DNA of 63,207 bases, the filler included, from Octopus bimaculoides (Eukaryota), in the NCBI RefSeq assembly GCF_001194135.2. It is 3 parts of 3 records of this genome, joined end to end, with 100 filler letters (N's around TTAATTAATTAA, not from the genome) between each part and the next. Parts side by side here need not be neighbours in the genome. Positions count along the whole stretch, not along the records: positions 1 to 31,868 come from NC_068997.1; 2 more parts are not named here. The stretch is one strand, 5' to 3'. The notes beneath the pieces were generated by a model, which did no database searches, was not told where the DNA came from, and was given only the letters and a program-made list of their open reading frames with translations. This document shows, piece by piece, positions 9,996-23,094 of the stretch (positions within the stretch are counted from its first letter, which is position 1; each line of letters opens with the position of its first letter). The position numbers and the translations under genes were made by a program.

Positions 9996-12446
9996 CCCTG
10001 TGATTACACAAGTCTGCATAAGTTTTGATGTTTAAATGTCAACATAACTTTAAAGGCAATCTTTTACGCTGATTTCAGATCTATTATTAGTTTTTCTCCA
10101 TTGCGTCATGTTTTTCTATATTATGGTATCGGAGATTCAGATGACAGTGATTGTCTGACTTATTTGCTCAGCAAAATAGATTGGTATAACCCAATGCTGA
10201 CCTAATAGTACTAAATGTAAAATAGCAGTCCATGTAAAGTTTATTAAACAATTGTTGGCAACCCTGACAAGTGACGTGGCTTTGAAAAGCTGTGTACACG
10301 ATTGCTAACTGAAGCTTTAATATTGTTTTAGTAGTTCCATAGATCAGTCTTTGGTGATATTTACTTATCAACTTCATTTAAAATGCGAACATATAGAGGT
10401 GCTTGAACAATCCAGACATACTCTGCTACATTTGTGGCAAATAAGTTGTCATTAAGCAGAGGCAACATATAACTGATCTTGTAAAAAATCTATACTTTGC
10501 TTATTTTAGTGTTAAACTCGGTGATGAAAACAGCATTGGGCTCCACGCAAAGTATGTCACATTTGTGTGGAAGGGCTGAGACACTGGAAAGCCGGTAAGA
10601 AAAAAGAAATGCCCCTTGGAATATCAATGGTGTGGTGAGAGCCAAGTAACCACATTTCTACATTACTAAAGTTGATGGGTACATCTGAAAAATTAAATAT
10701 AGGATAGTGTATCATAGTATTCCTCCAGCTATATGGCCTATTGCACATATGTTGATGTGGCAGTTCCTCTCCCCCACTATTTTGGAGAATGTTACATCAG
10801 ATAGTGATGAAGAATACACATTTGAAGAAGGTGATGACTACACTCATGACAAAATCGAAAGCCCGTAGTTATTTACAGAGGAAAAGCTCAATGATTTGGT
10901 GAGAGATTTGAACAAGCCAAAGGATGCAACGAAACTACTTGGTTCCAGACTAAAAATGAAAAACCTTTTGTTAATGGGAACATTCTTCTCTTACTATCGT
11001 CACAGGGAAAACGAGTTGCTACAACTTTTTACTGAGAATGAATCAGTGGTGTTTTGCTATAATATTCCAAACTCGCTAAACTATTTTGAGATGGAGAGCA
11101 ATCCCTCAGAGCGGAAGCTATTCATTGATTCCTCCAAAAGGATTTCAAAGCTGTCTTGCTACACAATGGAAATAAGTATTCATCCATTCCAGTGGCACAT
11201 TCCATACAACTAAAGGAGACATATAAAAATGTAAAAACACTTTTGTTAAATAAAAAGTGGCGTGTGGAGATTTCAAAATTAATTATAGGCATGCTTTGAG
11301 GCCAGCAGGCAGGCTACACAAAAATGCTATGCTTCTTCTGTGAATGAGACATCAGAGCTAAGGAAAAGCAATGGATGGTTAAAAACTGGCCACAAAGGAG
11401 ACGTTTGTTACCTGGATCCAAAAACATTCTGTACAAGCCCTTGATTGAACCTACAAAACTACTGCTATCACCTTCACCCATCAAACTGTGTTTGATGAAA
11501 CAGCTCGTTAATTCTTTGCCTGCAGATGAACCATGTTTGCAGTATCTCAAAAAAATTCCCAAATATAACCAGTGAGACAATTAAAGCAGAGATATTTATT
11601 GGTTCAGATTATGAGAAATCCATGAACGAATTTCAAAAACAGGGTGAGCTTCAAGTGTGTTGTCGAAAATGTTTTGGGAAACACTAAGCATCCAAATTAC
11701 AAAGTCATAGTTGATACCATGTTGCAAAACTTCAAAAAGCTTGGGTGCAACATGAATGTTAAAATTGACTTTCTTCACCCACAACTCGATTATTTCCCAG
11801 ATTACCTTGGCAATCTAAATGAAGAGCACGGCGAAAAATTTCAACGGGACGTTAAAGAAATGGGGCAGAGGTACTAGGACGTGGTTAAATGTAAACATGA
11901 TGGTGGATTACTACGGGACTGCAAGCAACTACTAAAAGCTGGAAGGACATCAAGGAAGTTTGAAAGGGAGCAAAAATACTTTAAAGCCATGGTAAGTGCA
12001 TTAAAATATATATTTAGTCAATATGTATAACTACATGCTATCCATATCTTTTTTTATTGTTGTTCTAGTCATTCTGCCGAGGTCGACTTTGCCTTTCATC
12101 TTTTCGGGGTCGATAAGTTAAGTATCAGTTGTGTACTGGGGTCGATCTAATTGACTGACTTTCTCCCTCAAAATTTTGGGCCTTGTGCCTAAAGTAGAAA
12201 AGATTATTGTTCTAGTTATTTGTTCTTAATTTCATCATATTTTTAATCTAAAAGTCTGCTGCAAAATGGAATGAGTGACAAGAAAAATCATCGTATCTTT
12301 GGCAGTCATTTGTGCAAAATCTGTACGTATTGGGCAAAATCTAAAAACATATTTCAAATCAGCATTAAAAATTTGTTCGGAATCACCTATAAGTAGACAA
12401 TCATCATTTACTTCATTTAAAAATGCAGACTTATGTTACTTTTGTG
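9996..12446 (+). mobile_element. Chapaev3 (CMC) DNA transposon relic with decayed transposase at about 10380-11930
   Basis: Reads CLNNPD..CYICG; KLNDLVRDLNKPKDATKLLGSRLK; LFIDSSKR; LLHNGNKY; GQQAGYTK..CFFC; IKLCLMKQLV; LGCNMNVKIDFLHPQLDYFPDYLG..NEEHGEKFQ. Degenerate TIRs at 9996-10019 and 12423-12446 share aca(c/t)aagtctgcat. Confidence 0.85.
12071..12208 (+). mobile_element. SINE family B second-monomer fragment inserted in the Chapaev3 3' region
   Basis: tctgccgaggtcgactttgcctttcatc...ccttgtgcctaaagtagaaaagattatt. Confidence 0.85.
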
Positions 12447-12469
12447 CATTCTTCTTACACCTCACATCC

Positions 12470-13200
12470 CATATCCCTTACAGCCACCCTATTCTCATAA
12501 GTTGCATTCCTTCCCCATTTTCTACTATCTCCTCTTCAAACTAAACAACTTATAACTACCACACTGTCTCAGATACCGACCTATCCACCTCTCCGCCCTC
12601 TGCATGCCTCCATGTTTTTACTCTCATACACTTCTACATACATCAGTACTCACCCTCCACCCCACCTTCATTATTTGATTCCCACTTGCAACCTAAATTA
12701 TCTACTACTAACTACCGTTGCCTTGCCTACCAACTTACCCCCACTCTGTCAACCTCCCTCTATCATTTCTCATCTTTGCTACATACCCTAGTAATCTCCC
12801 TCTGCCAACAACCTAACTTCTTTCTTCGAATTTCACCTTAGCCACCCTAGAAGTATTTATGAATTAGACCTTCGCTCTTCCTCCAATAATTACCCTTCCC
12901 TTTCTCACTATTTCAACTTCCCATAGTTCTAAAGTCATTATCCCTAAGTTTCAACACATCTATTCACTAACACAGCAATTAACCAATCCCCAGTTAATAT
13001 TCATTCCATTCCTCCCATTTATCTCTCAACTCTCTCCCTCTACCTCTACTTTCCTAATACCCTGATTGCTAATCCCTTCCATCTTCCTGAACGACTCTCT
13101 AATCTCCTTTCACCTTCCTTGCCTCAGTACTACTACCCACAAACCACGGAACCTCCTACTTCATCTCTCCAATGCTGCTTTTCTACATTTAAAAATTCTA
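12470..13200. repeat. Long pyrimidine-rich (CT-skewed) low-complexity tract
   Basis: Strong C/T strand bias with no recognisable ORF. Similar tracts at 48600-49240 and 54100-54470. Confidence 0.6.
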
Positions 13201-13460
13201 CCTTTAAACTTCACTGCATCATGATCTAAAATGTAAATATTTTTCTACCGTGATGGCTGAGGTCTTATTTATCCAATGTTTATTTGCTTCCATTACAGTC
13301 AGCATATTTTGGTGATCTAGACCAACCAACATGCTGGATCTCGGAACCTCCAGAAATAGAAAAGCAAAGCATAAGTTCTGGAATTTGATTTAAAAAAAAA
13401 AAACTTTGAAAGAGAATAACATCAACTGCACTTAGCATATTACAGAACAAGGAGGGAACA

Positions 13461-13803
13461 TGTGGTGTTATGGGCTGTGACGAGCTATGTGTTGTGGTGG
13501 AGAGGGGTGAGGCAAACAGAGGTGAAGCCAGACCGGAAGGGCCAAACCGGAAGGGTCAGATCGGAAGTCGGCGACACGCGGTTGAAGGCTAGCACGTGGG
13601 GCCAGTGAGAAAACAGCGACGNNNNNNNNNNCGACACGCGGTTGAAGGCTAGCACGTGGGGCCAGTGAGAAAACAGCGACGTTACGAGAAAGACGTGTTC
13701 TGATTAGGAGCGATCGTGTACCCCGCTGCGGTCAGCAAGGTAAGGTCCAACGCTTCATTCTGTCCTTTTGTTTCTTGTTGTCTTCTTCCTCCATCGCACC
13801 ACA
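13461..13803 (+). mobile_element. Solo LTR with 5-bp TSD
   Basis: Termini TGTGGTG...CACCACA are a perfect 7-bp inverted pair, flanked by GAACA at 13456-13460 and 13804-13808. A 50-bp assembly overlap around a 10-N gap inflates the length. Confidence 0.85.
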
Positions 13804-14359
13804 GAACATAAACAAATAAACAAACAAACCAATATTTAGGACGCTATACACTGTACCGCCAGAAATAATCAAAAGATCGCCCAAAGGAAGTATCATTTAT
13901 CAATTCAGACAATGAAATCCAAAAACTGATAGCTGTAGTGGCTGTACCTGCTGACCGGTTTGCTTCAAATTTCATTGAAGATAACCATGTCTTAAATGAG
14001 ATTGATCAGAGGAATGTACTACACATCCTTGACATCTGCAGACTGAATAGCAAAATAAGTTCATCACCACCACACACACCTCCATCCCCATATAATAAAC
14101 ATTCCTTCCTCTTTTTCCATCACCTTCCCCTCCTCCACACTAAATACACACAGAAACACCCGCATACCTCAATCAACCTTCGCTTTGGTCAAAACTGATA
14201 AACAAACCTCAAGCATCCATTAATGCTATATCGCCTGAAGAGATACCCACCGATACTACGATCTACACTGTAATCATCCTACGAATACGAACTGTGATCT
14301 TAAGAGGCATGTGATTTGTGGAAAGGTGCATAGCGTTGCATTAGAATATTTATAAATTC

Positions 14360-17300
14360 CACCTCTCAAGAAAAACAATATGGAGTCCAAAGTGATGGGG
14401 AGTGACTCTGGCTATTGTAACAGCCAGTACACTGTGGATTTCCCCCTCTTTACAGCACTCGCACGCAAAGCAATACCAACACTACCATCACCACCAGCAA
14501 CAAAGTAAACCAAGAAATCACCACCATTGTTCCTGAAAAAGAGGAGGAAGAGAGAAAAGGAAAGCAAAAAAGAATAACACTGACATCACCACCACTATCA
14601 CCACAAACAAATATAACGGCAACAGTTTCACCTCGGCGGTAAAGCAAACAAAAGACATTTTAAATTTAACAACAAAGGAATATAAAAAATATAAAGTTGT
14701 TAAAGAAGGAAGGAAACAACGTCTTCCTTAATACCCTTCAGGAATTAATTAAGGAGACCAATAAAAAACCAGTAATATACAAAGTTTTAAATATTAAGAA
14801 GAAAGGAGTAGTACGAGCTACCCAACAACTGTTGGAAATGGCGCTCAAAGCAATTTGAACTAATAAAACTTACGTGACAAGAGGAAAGCGCTTTAGCACG
14901 GTGGAACCGCGTTTTTATATTGAGCAGGAGGTAAGACAACGTTTCACTGTGTCCCTAAAAACGGAGGAATTGCTGCTCGTGCCGACATACTTTGGGCAGC
15001 GTGTTACAAAAATTGAAATTGAGGAGGTGCCCCTGAAATAAATATATGTTGGCTAGTGGCGGCTATCCTCTTTGATATAGAAGATACCGCTAAAATACTG
15101 GAGGTGCATAAATTGCACCAACAAAATTGGACGGGTTAGGGGTTGGAGCTCCTTGTTCAAATTGAACAAGAGACCCTAAATTCAATCCCTGGCTCAACAA
15201 ATTTGCCGGACGGCACAAGACTGCACGTTACTGCAGGTGGCCGAGGTGCTACTTTTGTGGAAATGATTAGCACCTCAAGGTCGACTGCCTCAAATATAAG
15301 TAGATGTGTCGGACCATTCAATCGACAGCAGAAACGGGGTACCTTCAGAACAGCAGCAGCAGAAACCAACCTCATAATCACTGGAAACAATAACAGCGAC
15401 GCCGCTTCCAGCCGTCACCAGGGCACCACCAACACCAACAGCCGGAGTACCACCAACACCATCACCAGCCGGATTACCTCTACCACCAGTAGCAGGAACA
15501 CCACCAGTAGCAGTAACACCACCACCAACAGCTACTGTAGCAGTAACAGATGAACCAAAACAAAACCTAGTCCCAGAGAAAATCCCACTTCCCGACCCAA
15601 ACAACTCAGACTGTTTGAGTACTGAGGTCGAGGGTGGGAGTGGTAAACAGGTCCCCACCAAAAAAAGAAAGAAAAGGACAATAGAAGAAAAAAGAAGGCG
15701 CAAACAAGAGGAATTTCCCAACAGTACCAACATGCACGCGCAACAACCAACAAAAAACACCACCTCCGCCCACAGTACCATCACAAACACTAACACAATG
15801 CACAACACAAACAGACTGGACAAATACCACCAACCTCACAACCATCAACACAGGCAATATAAAGCTTGTCACACACATCAGAAAAAGAAAAAAACAAATA
15901 ACACAATAGAAGGCTTTGTCTTCCCAACACACAATGCACCACCACCACCACACATACAAATTTTCAAACTGAAACATGAAACCTACAACACATTGAAAAT
16001 AAATTTTCCAAATGCTGTTGGGTCTTTCCAAAAGACTTTCTCTAAGAGACTGTATAAAAACCTCGTAGAAACGGCCACTTAAAAGACCAGGGGAACAGCC
16101 CTGCCAGACAACAATGGTAAGTAGAGCTCTTCTCCACCCTAATTTATTTTAACATGGTGATGCTCAAAATAATTTGTTTAAATGTCAGGGGCCTCGGGTC
16201 GGCTTCGAAACAAGGTCACCTTTTAAATGACTTNNNNNNNNNNNNNNNNNNNNNNNNNNNNNNNNNNNNNNNNNNNNNNNNNNNNNNNNNNNNNNNNNNN
16301 NNNNNNNNNNNNNNNNNNNNNNNNNNNNNNNNNNNNNNNNNNNNNNNNNNNNNNNNNNNNNNNNNNNNNNNNNNNNNNNNNNNNNNNNNNNNNNNNNNNN
16401 NNNNNNNNNNNNNNNNNNNNNNNNNNNNNNNNNGGTCTTTCTGGATCCAAAAGGTAAGTTTGTGTTCCTAGATGTGAACAGCAGTGACGGCAGTGCTTTC
16501 AGTCTGGTGGCTGCCTATGCTCCGACAGAGGCAGGGTGGTCTGACTACTTCAAGCATCTGGAGGTTTTCCTGGGGACGTCTCAGACTTTAGTATTGGTAG
16601 GGGATTGGAACACTGTCTTAGATGGACGTTTCAATTGCGTGGGAGTATCTGATAGGAAATGGAGTGTGTCAGCCTCAAAAACTTGCTCAGACGTTTCCAA
16701 TTGTCTGACAGGTACCGTCCATAGTACCTGAATGTGCCACTGTGAACTGCATCGGGTCATCTATATCGTATTTAGATAGGGCATTTTGTAGGTCAGCGGA
16801 CAAGGATAGCATAGGGTGTGCATAATTTCACATGGTCGGTTTCACGGACCATAAATTTGTGATTTATATGATCGACTTAGATAGGCTTTATAGACAGGGT
16901 CCTGGTTACTGGAAGCTGAACACATCGTTAACGGCGTGTCAAGCTTAGTGAATTAATTAAGCGGGTGTTGACGGGGGCAATCATCAACAACAACAGTTGG
17001 TTTGCTCTTAAAAGGGAAATTAGGGTAGAATCAATTAGTTTTAGCTAGGCATTAGGGATAGAACGAAATAGAATAGAGGGTGATTCACTTAGAAAGTTAG
17101 ATTAGGTGCAGAGGACAGTCATCTCAACCGACATGTTGGCGCTGAGGTTGGCCCTCGACCAATTTTTCGATGCCAAACATGAAGGCTGCATTGTCAGAGC
17201 TAAGGCACATTCACTAAGCGGAGAGAGAATGATTGGCCCGCGTGGCGGAAGCAAAAAGTGGCAATAAAGCCACTATTCAGTCTTTGGGGGACCAGAGTGG

Positions 17301-17505
17301 ATGTGAGGTGTTCAAACCGAAATAGGTGTGTGCGGCTTTTCAGCAGCACTTGCTCGACTGTTCAGAACGAATAGTAGGACGGATAACAGGGCAGACTTCG
17401 GTGTGTACCTAGACGGCCTGCCACAACTTTCGGCAAGCGAGGCGGAATGCTGCGAAAGGCCAGTAACAGTAGCGGAGATGCAGAAAGTGATGAAGAGTTC
17501 CGTGG
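14360..17505 (+). mobile_element. L1/Tx1-like LINE, 5' part (ORF1 plus APE endonuclease and start of ORF2), 3'-truncated and decayed
   Basis: ORF1-like region from 14380 (...TLNSIPGSTNLPDGTRLHV...). ORF2 starts at 16154 MVMLKIICLNVRGL, then AAYAP..LVLVGDWNTVLD, SYLDR, GPGYWKLNTSL. Confidence 0.8.
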
Positions 17506-17849
17506 TGGAACGAACTACTGCTATCTCTAGCAGACGGATGTCCACTACTGAGGATGAACACAAATAGCTCGAAACCATTGATACATAGACACATCCGTAC
17601 ATACATAATACATACAGAATGATGATGACTATTCAAAAAACAGTTTTAGATTTAGTTAGTATGGTGAACACAAAATGCGCATATAAGTAGAAGTGGTGTT
17701 GCTTTTATATACTACAATAAACAGAATGGTCATTTTAACTGTTTTATGGAAAGACCGAGCTCTTTTTATTTACATGTAGCACAGCATTATGTGTACATTT
17801 GTGAAAATTAGATTTTGTATAAATTTATTACAAATTGGTATATTTTTTT

Positions 17850-18930
17850 AACAGAAATGTAGTCACCCTTGAATTATCCTGCCATAATGAAACAGTGAAA
17901 TACATCAAGTGTCATTGAGATAATACATGTAATAGTTTAATAGTGCTCTATTGTAGATAAAATTCACTCTCAGCCATCAATGTCCGCGTTTTATGTTAAT
18001 TCAATATCTGAAGAATTTTGAATAATGGAAAAAAAAGCAAAAAAAAAAACACAGAATGTGCACTGTAAAAGAAAGTAGATCTACTTTCTTGGATTGTTGA
18101 ATTTTCGTTTTGTTCTATTGCTAGGGAATAACAACTGTTTGATATGTCTATTCATCATCATTTAAATACCAATTTTCTTTTAACGCTTTTCCTCAACTTT
18201 TGGGAATGCTAGAGTTTTTCTTAAAATATTAAAAAAAAATTTTAATTAGTTAATCTATCATTAGTATTATCTTAAGCCCATTAATTGAACTATTTAAATT
18301 AAACAGTATTTTTTCCATACTGAAGAGCTGCAAATGTTTTTCTCTTGTCAATAAAAACCAAATCCTGTTCTCAAAGCTGAAAGGATATTTTGATTCAAGC
18401 GGGATCTCAATAATTCTGCTGCTGTCATTGAAAGATCTAATTTACATACTAAGTCATTTAATTCAGTCTAGGTTAGCAGGTTATGCATAAGTTTAGTTCT
18501 CAGGGCTTCAAGATCATTAAAGACTTATTAATGATATAACAACATGCAATTCAGATCAATGATGCTCAGTTATAAATGTGAAGAACAAATTTGAGTAATT
18601 CATTTTCGATTTGTATCCTGCATTAAAAAATACAAAAATAGGAATTTTCAAGATGATTTCTTAGTTCTCAGCAGACCATTGGTCCAATAAAACTCATTCT
18701 CTTTCTTTTATTTTTGGTCCATTGCTTCAGATTTATATTCCAAGTTCAGTAGATGAAATAATCCATAGTTTTCTTTGATCATTTAACTTAATTAAAAATG
18801 CATGAAATATGGTCTTCTAATAAAGTCTATAACAAATTTCAGTTGTTTCGTTGTTTCAAATTATCCATAAATGTAATAGTAAATATTTGGGCTATCCTTG
18901 TACATTTTTGCTACTAATACTACCCATATT
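17850..18930 (-). pseudogene. Second, older Chapaev3 transposase relic
   Basis: Minus-strand fragments KDSPNIYYYIYG; IKLNDQRKLW; ELRNHLENSYFC; TELNDLVCKLDLSMTAAELLRSRLNQ; LNSSINGLKIILM align in order to the Chapaev3 motifs of 10380-11930. Confidence 0.65.
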
Positions 18931-20203
18931 AGATTTATATTTCGCTACAACAAACAAACTGAAAAATACAGTATAAACCCAGTAATTGAGAAATAAAGAA
19001 AGGAAACTATGCTTGCAGTCATCAAGGTTAGTATTGTATAGAAATCAGCCTCCAAAACTAAGGTTCGTTTCAAACAGTTCTCTATTCCCAAATTCTCGAA
19101 GTATCTATGGGCCACTCTTTATAAGAAGGACTAATTTGAGTACAAAATACTTGAGTACAAAATACTCTCTGAATTTCATGGAATTTATCTGGAGAATATT
19201 TTCTTGGACTATATTGTATTAGTTGCTTTATTGTAATGATGGTATCTCATTACTATTAGCCTTTTACCTTACATTCTCATTTTCCAATTCTTTCACCATC
19301 ATGTAGCAATTGTTTGTGGTTTTTCTAATTTATACGAAATTAACTTTAAGTTATTAATTCCTTAATTGTCTTAGGGTTGTTTATTATTGTCTAAATTGTC
19401 CAAATACTTTAGAATAAAAAAATAATATTTAAATTCTTTAAGAATCAGATATCCAAAGGTTTGGTGGTATAGTAAGGTTTCGAAATATGATGAATAAAAG
19501 TTATCTGGAAATGTCTGTCTACTTACTCATTATTCTTCACTCTTCTTCCACGCTAGAAAATAAAACAGAATCATGCTAACTGCTGAAAGAATAGCTATTA
19601 AAAACAAGGGTTTAACAGAATATAAGTTTAAAGGAGAGAATATAGAAGTAACAGTAGCAAGCAAGAGACAAAGAAGAATAACCACATCTAAAAATCCCAA
19701 CAACACACAAATATAGATACAGAAAAATTCATTTACAAAAAAACATAAACATCATTTATTTTCAGTTTAGTTGTAGATGTGCGATCATATTTAGTATCAT
19801 TGCTTTCAAAGATTATTACTTTCAAATATCTGCAATCATATTTATGATTATTTTATTTTTGTATGATTCAGTATCTGGTTGTTTTAGACATAATCCCAAA
19901 TCACTGAGGGAAATAAGATCATTAAATGTAATAGGAAACACAGGCTATATAATATACATGGATAGTAAAGATCCTGATATAATCAAAGACTCTACCTACC
20001 AAAGTTTAAAGAAGATAAAAATTAAAGGTTTTAAAGAGTTTTATAAATTATGGAGAATGTTTTAAAATTTGTGATTAACAAACAAATATTAATTAATGTA
20101 AGTTCATTTGGAAACATCTATGTTATTTGTTCAGGACATTTGAAGTAACACAAATATGTATCACTCGGTTATACATTTTTTCCGTTTGAAAAATGAACAT
20201 GTT

Positions 20204-20610
20204 GGCGTAGGAGTGGCTGTGTGGTAAGTAGTTTGCTTACCAACCACATGGTCCCGGGTTCAGTCCCATTGCGCGGCATCTTGGGCAAGTGTCTTCTACT
20301 ATAGCCTCGGGTCGACCAAAGCCTTGTGAGTGGATTTGGTAGACGGAAACTGAAAGAAGCCCGTCGTATATATGTATATATATATATATGTATGTGTGTG
20401 TGTATGTTTGTATGTATGTGTTTGTCCCCCCAACATCGCTTGACAACCGATGCTGGTGTGTTTATGTCCCCGTAACTTAGCGGTTCGGCAAAATATATCG
20501 ATAGAATAAGTACTAGGCTTCTAAAGAATAAGTCCTGGGGTCGATTTGCTCGACTAAAAGGTGGTGCTCCAGCATGGCCACAGTCAAAAGACTAAAACGA
20601 GTAAAAGAGT
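20204..20610 (+). mobile_element. SINE family A, full length (tRNA-derived head, internal TA/TG microsatellite)
   Basis: A-box-like TGGCTGTGTGG, B-box-like GGTTCAGTCCC (20257-20267), body with internal microsatellite at about 20367-20420, tail gtaaaagag. Confidence 0.92.
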
Positions 20611-21523
20611 ATGTTTATACAATATTTTACATCAAGTTTGTACTACGTTTGCAAGAGTAATGCATTTCAAACTGGAACTAAGTTCTTGGCTTTACCAATC
20701 TATCCATGACTGCATGTATTTTGCATAATTATTATAGACTTATGAAGTGCAATACAAATGCTTGCTTCAGAGATACACCTTTTGAGACACTGGCTCAAGG
20801 TATGGGTTCTAGTGACATAAACATTTACTTTCTCAGAAGATCAACATTATTTGAGTACATCCTGCAAACAAACTGAATCACAACTACTTTCAGTCGAGGT
20901 GATATAATATATGGAATGTTAGCAGCAGATCTGAGTTCTTCAGTAAGAGGTAGAACTGTTCTCTGTAATGAATTATTATTGGTTTATCTTAAACTTGAAA
21001 GACGTGCTGTTTTGATCCAGAAAAGGCATAGTATGCTGTCGTCCCAAACGCCATGTGATGTAACTGAAGGAATGAATTCATTTTGATTTCTTTCTTTTTA
21101 GTTTGAAAGAAAGATTTTTGCTTTTGTTCAAATGTGTGTATGTGTGCGTGTGTGTGCTTGCACGCGTACATGTCTAATTTTTAAAGTCACGTGGTTTGGT
21201 ATGAGTAAATTTAATTTAAAAACAAAAAGAGTAAAATACTCTGAGAACCTTATCACAAATAAAAGGAGGAAAATCTTTCTACTTATAAATCAATGAAACA
21301 ATATTAATAAAGACCAAACTACGAAATAGCAACAGAAATAAGAATAGAAACATGTGGAAAACCCAACAGTGATTTATGTTTAAATCTATCAGAAAGATGA
21401 GATATACGTTTTTTGAAAATAAAAGCAGGTCTTCAAAATAAAAGCAAAATGATTTCTTTGTGCGTTCGAAAGAAATTTATTCAACACACCCAGAATGTAT
21501 AGCAAACTACATAGGACAATTAA

Positions 21524-21580
21524 AGACAATGTGTGACCCTGCAGACAATGTGTGACCCTTAAGACAATGTGTGACCCTGC
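21524..21580. repeat. 19-bp tandem repeat x3 (agacaatgtgtgaccct+2)
   Basis: Direct reading. Confidence 0.9.
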
Positions 21581-21899
21581 ATACATCGCAAATTCTCAAA
21601 TATTGGAGTACAAAAAAATAAAGCTCATAGTGAAGATAGACACAAGCACGAGTTAGAAAGGACCACATTTTAAGATCTCTTTTATCAGTTTGTCGATGTC
21701 ATATCAAAACAGGAACACATTAGGAAATAAATAACATTCTTAACGAAATACCAACAACTGCACAACCATTGTAGTAAAATATCAGTCATTAGTGTTACTT
21801 GGATTCAAGCATATAGGAAAAGCCCGATGTGGGAGTGGAATACCAAAGCCTCATATAACTTCTTAAGTATTCTTAAATATCTGATAGACATTGCTTCGA

Positions 21900-22855
21900 T
21901 ATCCTGAATACGCTCTTGTGAACCTGGTCAAATCACAGTGGATCATGCCGGTCATATTTAGAGAGGGTTTACATCAGGGTAGTAAATGACCATGATATGA
22001 ATTGTTCACAGATTCAGATAGCTGGCTTCCCAAAACACAAATTCAGGAACTTTAGAGTCAACCTAGAAAAGGCGAATATACAAGTGCAGGATTATTGGAC
22101 AATGAACGAGTCGTTCTCAGCGTGGAATGATATCAGGGATTGAATTAGTATACTAGTCAAACAGGAATTAACAGTAGCTATCATCAATGACATGTGGTGG
22201 GTTCCACTAAAAAGGAAAGCCAGAGTGGCATCTGTTAGTTTAGACAAACTAATTAGTAACTTAGAATAGGCAAAAAAAAAAGTGAAATCACAAGTGTCAG
22301 GCTAGCGGCGAGAATGGCCCTCAAACATTTCATCGACTCAAAGCATGAAGGATGTATTGTCAGAGCTAGGATGTGTGCACAGAAACATAAAGTCTCAAAA
22401 GCTTAGGTTGGGCCCTTGTGGAGAAGACACAGCATGGTAACAAAGCTAAAATTTGGTTGGTCTGGTTTGCGACGCCTATTCGGCATTGAAAACCATGTGT
22501 AATATTGCAAGTAACCAATTGCGGTAGAGGAAGTGGAAGATGTTCTGAGCTGCAAAATAACAAGGACTGAAATAGTTTGTCTTGTGAGCTAGATTTTCAC
22601 ATGCAAGACGTTTTTCTTCATGTCTTAGCAGCTGTCTACTACAGCTTGCAGCAAATTGGATGTAATTCCAACCGAGTGAGCCTGGAAGTGATGAGCAAGA
22701 ATTTGAACAATAGGAATGTGATTGACAATTTCAGGCCCGTAATTTATCTTAACACTGAGTTAAAATTTTTTAGCTGAGGTACTCGCTAAGAAGCTGGCAC
22801 TTGGTAGTGTAATCAGAGAAGGGCAAACCGGTGCAAGCCCAGGCAGATATTTGCA
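21900..22855 (+). pseudogene. L1/Tx1-like ORF2 fragment (end of endonuclease to RT start), decayed
   Basis: SYLERV, decayed YWxMN, KHEGCIVRAR, NFRPVIYLNTELK..., EGQTGASPGR; parallels 16800-17500. Confidence 0.7.
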
Positions 22856-22859
22856 GGTT

Positions 22860-23030
22860 TCCTCTGCTTCAGGAGATTTTTGTCATTTTTCTCTTCACCT
22901 CAGCTCTTGAAACACTGCTTCTGATTATTTCTGAATAACCTGTTTTGCAGGAACTGCAATATGCGCTCAGTGTAGCGTTGCACCTTCAATGCTTTTGACT
23001 GATCATATTGTTTTTGGGTGTGAATAATAG
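22860..23030 (-). pseudogene. R4/Dong-like mid-ORF fragment
   Basis: Minus strand reads KALKVQRYTERILQFLQNRLFRNNQKQ, homologous to 27380-27480. Confidence 0.55.
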
Positions 23031-23094
23031 GTTTTTTTATTTTTATTTTTATTATATAATTGTTCGCCATTTTGTAGTTTGAGGTAAATTTCTA

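Noticed and set aside
13572-13681. Exact 50-bp tandem duplication
   Set aside because: The copies flank a 10-N gap; typical unmerged contig overlap.
13500-13745. CpG-rich promoter plus first exon of a host gene
   Set aside because: Lies wholly within a solo LTR with TG..CA ends and a GAACA TSD, so it is reported as LTR-derived instead.
13810-14060. Possible PLE GIY-YIG C-terminus (FASNFIEDNHVLNEID..VLHI)
   Set aside because: Similarity is weak and could not be confirmed by a second motif.
14220-14345. CTGAAGA...GAAA with distal pairing aatgctat/atagcgtt
   Set aside because: No stem II closure and no NUH triplet.
20204-20280. tRNA genes at SINE heads
   Set aside because: Only A/B-box remnants are present, continuing into SINE bodies; no complete cloverleaf.
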